From Pyrinomonadaceae bacterium (GTDB taxonomy: Bacteria > Acidobacteriota > Blastocatellia > Pyrinomonadales > Pyrinomonadaceae): DNA of 64,000 bases. A program made the translations under genes and the position numbers. The stretch is taken from NCBI GenBank assembly GCA_965217575.1, contig OZ244558.1, positions 1,915,507 to 1,979,506 of the forward strand. The letters are read 5' to 3'. How positions within the stretch are numbered: the first letter of the stretch is position 1; each line of letters starts with the position of its first letter. Of this stretch, positions 59,134-64,000 are shown piece by piece. The notes under the pieces are model-generated. The model did no database searches and had not been told where the DNA came from. It saw nothing but the letters and a program-made list of their open reading frames with translations.

Positions 59134-59343
59134 ATGCCAATTGTGAAATGTCCAACCTGTAAAAAAGAGACCGAATACAGCGGTAACGAATTTCGTCCGT
59201 TTTGTTCCGAACGCTGCAAATTGATTGACTTCGGCGATTGGGCGGACGAAAATTTTCGCCTGCCGACGCAGGATGCCGCGCTGACCGAAGAAGATTTGGA
59301 CGCGCTGGAAAAAGCCTTGAACGAAAAAGCGAAAAGCGTATGA
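59134..59343 (+). CDS. yacG: DNA gyrase inhibitor YacG (zinc-ribbon)
   Basis: CPTC...CSERC four-Cys zinc ribbon and conserved FCSERCKLIDFGDW. Confidence 0.8.
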   Translation: MPIVKCPTCKKETEYSGNEFRPFCSERCKLIDFGDWADENFRLPTQDAALTEEDLDALEKALNEKAKSV

Positions 59344-59552
59344 CGAGTGCCGCGATAATTTTTGTAATTTTGATGCTGGCGGTGGCGGCGATTACGTTTT
59401 TCGTTTTAAAACGCGCGATCAAAATGGCGATTCGGGCGGCGATTGTCGCGCTGATTTTACTGATCGCGGTGGTCGGCGGCGTTTCGCTGTGGTGGTTCGG
59501 CACGAATCAGACTGCGGACAAACAGCCCGTCGTCATCAAAAAATCTCGATAA
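59340..59552 (+). CDS. small two-TM membrane protein (70 aa)
   Basis: ATGA overlap with yacG stop; two hydrophobic helices. Confidence 0.45.
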   Translation: MTSAAIIFVILMLAVAAITFFVLKRAIKMAIRAAIVALILLIAVVGGVSLWWFGTNQTADKQPVVIKKSR

Positions 59553-59559
59553 AAAATTA

Positions 59560-60792
59560 ATGTCCCTCAACCTCAAACGCTTTTTTTCACGCTACAAAAA
59601 TCTTTCGGGAAACGTCCTCGCGCTCAGTTTGGTCAGTCTTTTAAATGATACTTCGAGCGAGATAATTTATCCGCTGCTGCCCGCTTTTTTGGCTTTGACT
59701 TTGGGCGCGTCGCCGTTCGCCATCGGTTTAATCGAAGGCTTCGCCGAATCGGTCGCCGCGTTTTTGAAACTTTTCTCCGGTTATTTCAGCGATAAATTCG
59801 AGAAACGCAAATTTCCCGTTTTTCTCGGTTACGCGCTGGCGAGTTTAACGCGCCCGATTCTGGCTTTTGCGGGGAGTTGGCAGCAGGTTTTAGCCGTGCG
59901 CGTGACGGATCGCGTCGGCAAAGGCATTCGCGGCGCGCCGCGCGATGCGATTATCGCGGGCAGTGTGCCGGAAGAAAAACGCGGTTTGGCGTTCGGTTTC
60001 AATCGCGCCGCCGACAATCTCGGCGCGGTTTTCGGTCCGATTATCGCTTTCGTTCTGCTGTCATATTTTGCTTCCGACCCGCAAACTCCGACGGCGCGTG
60101 ATTACCGGCAGGTTTTTCTCTACGCTTCGATTCCGGTCGTTTTAGGTTTGTTCGTAATCGTCTTTTTCGTCAAGGAAAAGCCAAAAGCCGCGACCGATTC
60201 GCTCGCGCCGAAAATCAAACTTTCGCTCAAAGAATTTGACGGCAATTTCAAACGATTTCTGTTCGTCATCGCGCTGTTCACGCTGTCAAATTCGACCGAC
60301 GCGTTTCTGCTGCTCCGCGCCGAACAATCCGGCATCGCCGTCGCCGTTTTGCCGCTGTTGTGGATGTTTCTGAGTTTGAGCAAAGTCGTTTTCTCGCTGA
60401 TCGGCGGCGATTTGTCGGACAAACTCGGCAGAAAAACGCTGATTTTTGCGGGCTGGATCGTGTACGCGCTCGTTTACGCCGGATTCGCGTTTACGACGCA
60501 GGCGTGGCAGGCGTGGGCTTTGTTTTTGATTTACGGAATCTATTTCGGGCTGACCGAAGGCGTGGAAAAGGCTCTCGTCGCCGATTTAGTTCCGCCGGAA
60601 AAACGCGGCACGGCGTTTGGTTTTTACAATCTCGCTTTTTCGATTACGGTTTTTCCGGCTTCGATCATTTTCGGCGCAATCTGGACAAAATTCGGCGCGG
60701 AAGCGGCATTTTTAATCAGCGCGGTCATTTCGATCTGCGCCGCGATTACGCTTTTAACTGTTCAGACGAAACAGAAACCGGCTGATTTATAG
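59560..60792 (+). CDS. MFS transporter
   Basis: 12 predicted TM helices, MFS motif-A-like region. Confidence 0.8.
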   Translation: MSLNLKRFFSRYKNLSGNVLALSLVSLLNDTSSEIIYPLLPAFLALTLGASPFAIGLIEGFAESVAAFLKLFSGYFSDKFEKRKFPVFLGYALASLTRPILAFAGSWQQVLAVRVTDRVGKGIRGAPRDAIIAGSVPEEKRGLAFGFNRAADNLGAVFGPIIAFVLLSYFASDPQTPTARDYRQVFLYASIPVVLGLFVIVFFVKEKPKAATDSLAPKIKLSLKEFDGNFKRFLFVIALFTLSNSTDAFLLLRAEQSGIAVAVLPLLWMFLSLSKVVFSLIGGDLSDKLGRKTLIFAGWIVYALVYAGFAFTTQAWQAWALFLIYGIYFGLTEGVEKALVADLVPPEKRGTAFGFYNLAFSITVFPASIIFGAIWTKFGAEAAFLISAVISICAAITLLTVQTKQKPADL

Positions 60793-61281
60793 AATTCGAA
60801 AAATATTTGAATTCAAAAGGGTCAGCAGAATTTCATACTCAAGAAAACCGTAAAAATCAAAGATTAATTTCTCAAACGATAAAATATTTTAGTGTCGCGA
60901 TGACCTACTTAATCATTTTTCTAAAATTTACAGCATACATATAAGGAATTTTTCTCGCTAAATCCAGATTTTCCACTTACCGCCAAACACCTGCATACTG
61001 AAGTAAAAAATACTCCGCGATGGGATTTAAGGCGAATAATTTTTCGGCGGGAAAGTTTCAACTCAAGGCTGATGATTGTTAGATAACCTTTTACGAATAT
61101 TCCTTTTCTTCATAAAAAAACAGAAAACGCTATGTATATTATCATACATACCTATAAGTATCACTTATGGTATTCTATTAACAATTAAGAATCTGACTTA
61201 GTAATTTGGCTGAAACAGAATTCTGTGTGTGTTTTTCCTGTCGGCGGAAACACTAATTGAAGAATGCCGATATGAATAAGT

Positions 61282-61314
61282 AGTGGACAGGTTCGACACG
61301 AGCTTGTCCGCTAC
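61282..61314. other. imperfect hairpin in long AT-rich leader upstream of pectinesterase-like gene
   Basis: gtagtggacag...cttgtccgctac with 10-nt loop. Confidence 0.3.
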
Positions 61315-61345
61315 TTGTCTATTTATAGGAATAAAAATAAATATA

Positions 61346-64000
61346 ATGCATAAATATAGAAATAAGTTAGTTTTTACCGTTTTCTCTCTCATTGTGATTA
61401 CGGCGTTGACGATACCGCTAATAACGAGTGCTGCGACGTTAATAAATGACACATTTGCCGACGGCAGCAGTCAGAATCAGGACCTTGCGAATAATTCACT
61501 ACAGTTATTTAACGGGCGCGCCGCAAATGTTCGCACGGATGCGGTCGGCTCGGTAAATTTTAATCTGATGAGCGGGTCTTCAGAAGGTTTTTGGGCGTAT
61601 TTTACCGATCCTAACGCGCCGATTACGCTTGGTGTCGGAGATTCGCTGGCGGTTTCCGCGCAGTTCTCGCTGCAGGGTTTAACGGCGCGGGCGGGCGAGG
61701 ATTTACGTTTTGGAGTTTTCGATTCCAAAGGCACTCGCAATACAACGAATTTGACGGGCGGAATGAACAGCTCGACCTTTACCGACGACACCGGATATGC
61801 CGGCAGACTCGCCGGGACAACCGGGGGCGACACGCCCTTTTCCATATTCCGCCGAGCGGTCGTGCCTGGAGCGAGCGATCCTTTAAGTCAAGCGGTATCG
61901 GGAAACAGCGGCGAATACACAGAAATCGCCGGAAGTACGACGACGGGCAGACAGCCTTTGACCGATAACACGCCTTACACTTATACTTACAAAATCGAGC
62001 GTTTAACGGCAACTGATACGCGGCTGACCGTAACAATCGTCGGCGGTGCGGTCAATATTCAAACGACCGCGACGGAAACAAGTTCCAATCCTAATACAAC
62101 TTTCGATTTGTTCAGTTTTCGAATTCCGGGAACGAGCTTCGCCTCGCAAATTACCTTTACGCAGTTAAAAGTTGATTATTCACCAGCCGCGCCGGTTATC
62201 ACCAGCCAGCCGCAGCCGTCGAATCAAACGGTTCAGGTCGGCAGTAATGTCAGCTATTCGGTCAGCGCGACAGGCAGCAATTTGTCTTATCAATGGCGCA
62301 AAGACGGCACGCCGATCACCGGAAATCCTTCGGCAATGACCGCCACGCTGCAACTTACGAACGTTCAAACCGGAGATACGGGCAATTACGATGTCGTCGT
62401 CAGCAATGCCGGCGGAAGCGTAACCAGCAATTCGGTGAGTTTGACGGTAACGACGGGACAGGTTGACCCCGCGCCGGTCATCACCAGCCAGCCGCAGGAT
62501 ACGTTTGTTACCATCGGTTCAACCGCTACGCTGTCCGTCACGGCGATGGGCAACAATCTTTTTTATCAGTGGTATAAAGACGGCAGTCCGCTTTCCGGCG
62601 AAAACAGTTCGACAATTACGATTACCAACGCGCAGTTGAGCGACACGGGAAATTACACGGTGGTCGTATCCAATTCCGGCGGAAGTCTAACCAGCAGCCC
62701 GGCGCGTCTGACAGTCGTTTCGCCGATCAGCGTAACGGCGATGCAGCCGATTAACGGAGCGATGAGTGTCTGCGTTGATACGGCGTTGAAATTGACTTTT
62801 GATCAAGTTCCGCAAGCCGGAACGCGCGGTATAATCCGTGTTTACAACGCGGACGGAACGATTTTCGATTCGATTGATTTATCGCAGGATACTGTGCCGG
62901 GCGCGAATGTTCCGGGCAATCAGTCTTCAAAAAGCATCGGCGGCGCGTCCACAATGTTTAATTATTACCCGATTATCGTTACTGATAATACGGCGGCGAT
63001 TTATTTACATAAACAGCTTGATTACAATCAAACTTATTATATAACGATTGAAACGGGCGCGATCACTGATGCGAACGGCGCGCCGTTTGTCGGAATTTCC
63101 GACCCGAATGCGTTTCGTTTTACGACCAAAGCCGGCGCGCCCGCGCTCGGAACACAAAATTTGACCGTCGCCGCTGACGGCAGCGGAGATTTCTGCACTG
63201 TTCAGGGCGCGGTTGATTTCGTCCCGGCGAATAACAATCAGAGATTTACTATTAATGTTCAAAGCGGCGTTTATACCGAAATCGTTTACATCAATTCCAG
63301 CAAGCCCTATATAACGGTGCGCGGCGAAGACCGTAACGCGACGATAATTCAGTATGCCAACAACGAGAATTTAAACTCGGGAACGCTTGCCCGCACGTTA
63401 TTTGGAGTTGATGCCGCCGATTTCGTGTTGGAAACAATCACGATTCACAATACGACGACCAGAGAAAACGCGCAGGGCGATACACGTCAGGCTGAAGCGT
63501 TTCGCGGCAACAATGACCGCATTCTGCTGAATCGCGTTAATTTGATAAGTTTTCAAGATACGCTGATGCTGCAAAGTCAGGGCGCACAAGGCGCGTTCGT
63601 TAATGACAGCTACATCGAAGGCGCGGTTGATTTTACCTGGGGTTACGGAGCGGTTTATTTCCGCAACTGTGAGCTGAAAGATAACGCTTCGGCAACGCGT
63701 TCAACAAGTTACTACTCGCAAATCCGCAATCCGCAGGGTAAAAATGGCAATGTGTATGTCGGCTGTCGGCTGACTCGCGCGGCAGACACGCCGGATAATA
63801 CCGCTTATCTTTCCCGCATTGACCCGGACGATTTTCCATACAGTCAGGTGATTTATATTGATACCTTGATGGACACACATATTCGACCGGAAGGCTGGCT
63901 TTTTAATAATCCGTCACTTCCGCCAACACCGGAAAATTATCCGAACATTCAATTTTATGAATACAACAGCCGCAACATTAATACCGGACAGCCGGTTGAT
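61346..64000 (+). CDS. large secreted multidomain protein: N-terminal beta-rich domain, two Ig-like (I-set-like) repeats, CE8 pectin methylesterase-like C-terminal domain; 3'-partial (runs off window)
   Basis: Not in ORF track (no stop before window end). ATG 61346, signal peptide; repeated PVITSQPQ...YQW[RY]KDG...GNY.VVVSN Ig-like units; CE8 catalytic motifs GDFCTVQGAVD, QAEAFR, FQDTL, GAVDFTWG. Confidence 0.75.
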   Translation, partial: MHKYRNKLVFTVFSLIVITALTIPLITSAATLINDTFADGSSQNQDLANNSLQLFNGRAANVRTDAVGSVNFNLMSGSSEGFWAYFTDPNAPITLGVGDSLAVSAQFSLQGLTARAGEDLRFGVFDSKGTRNTTNLTGGMNSSTFTDDTGYAGRLAGTTGGDTPFSIFRRAVVPGASDPLSQAVSGNSGEYTEIAGSTTTGRQPLTDNTPYTYTYKIERLTATDTRLTVTIVGGAVNIQTTATETSSNPNTTFDLFSFRIPGTSFASQITFTQLKVDYSPAAPVITSQPQPSNQTVQVGSNVSYSVSATGSNLSYQWRKDGTPITGNPSAMTATLQLTNVQTGDTGNYDVVVSNAGGSVTSNSVSLTVTTGQVDPAPVITSQPQDTFVTIGSTATLSVTAMGNNLFYQWYKDGSPLSGENSSTITITNAQLSDTGNYTVVVSNSGGSLTSSPARLTVVSPISVTAMQPINGAMSVCVDTALKLTFDQVPQAGTRGIIRVYNADGTIFDSIDLSQDTVPGANVPGNQSSKSIGGASTMFNYYPIIVTDNTAAIYLHKQLDYNQTYYITIETGAITDANGAPFVGISDPNAFRFTTKAGAPALGTQNLTVAADGSGDFCTVQGAVDFVPANNNQRFTINVQSGVYTEIVYINSSKPYITVRGEDRNATIIQYANNENLNSGTLARTLFGVDAADFVLETITIHNTTTRENAQGDTRQAEAFRGNNDRILLNRVNLISFQDTLMLQSQGAQGAFVNDSYIEGAVDFTWGYGAVYFRNCELKDNASATRSTSYYSQIRNPQGKNGNVYVGCRLTRAADTPDNTAYLSRIDPDDFPYSQVIYIDTLMDTHIRPEGWLFNNPSLPPTPENYPNIQFYEYNSRNINTGQPVD

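Noticed and set aside
61282-61314. Possible tRNA-like T-arm (ggttcgacacg) in the long leader at 60.8-61.3 kb
   Set aside because: No acceptor stem, D-arm or anticodon arm can be built around it; it is simply an imperfect hairpin. No tRNA genes were found anywhere in the window.

Overview
The window is a 64-kb chromosomal segment from a bacterium with about 50% GC. The gene content suggests Acidobacteriota: a 1196-aa TonB-dependent-receptor-like protein with a carboxypeptidase-regulatory N-domain, and DUF1800, DUF1287 and DUF2911 proteins. This taxonomic call is an inference only.

The backbone is housekeeping genes: cysS, lpdA, serA, asnB-like, hisS, iscS, cdd, udk and a PNP. They are interleaved with accessory material. 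I found no rRNA, tRNA or CRISPR.

The main items are:
(i) A carbohydrate-utilisation locus at 15.3-30 kb: GH31 alpha-glucosidase, an orphan sugar-binding lipoprotein, a GH144-like (DUF3131) putative beta-1,2-glucanase, GH3 BglX, a giant TBDR-like outer-membrane protein, LacI and an MFS sugar permease. The GH3/GH144-like junction lies on an A9 homopolymer, and the GH144-like domain has no canonical start codon.
(ii) An AT-rich, evidently foreign 1.1-kb island encoding a secreted lectin-like protein, lying next to the C-terminal remnant of a second TBDR paralog.
(iii) Three decayed or orphan toxin-antitoxin remnants: an AbrB-like antitoxin with an in-frame TAA; a fused and frameshifted YefM-YoeB flanked by a 37-bp direct duplication of the lpdA 3' end; and an orphan HicB.
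(iv) An intact IS630-family element with a TA target-site duplication, precisely splitting a secreted-protein gene.
(v) A radical-SAM/SPASM enzyme adjacent to a secreted 139-aa protein, HicB, a Uma2 nuclease, a GT28 MGDG-synthase-like glycosyltransferase and an SDR, and divergent from iscS.
(vi) A flotillin-like protein with a triplicated N-terminal module.
(vii) A large multidomain secreted Ig-like + CE8 pectinesterase gene that runs off the window end and is missing from the ORF track.
(viii) Several intergenic repeats, palindromes and hairpins.
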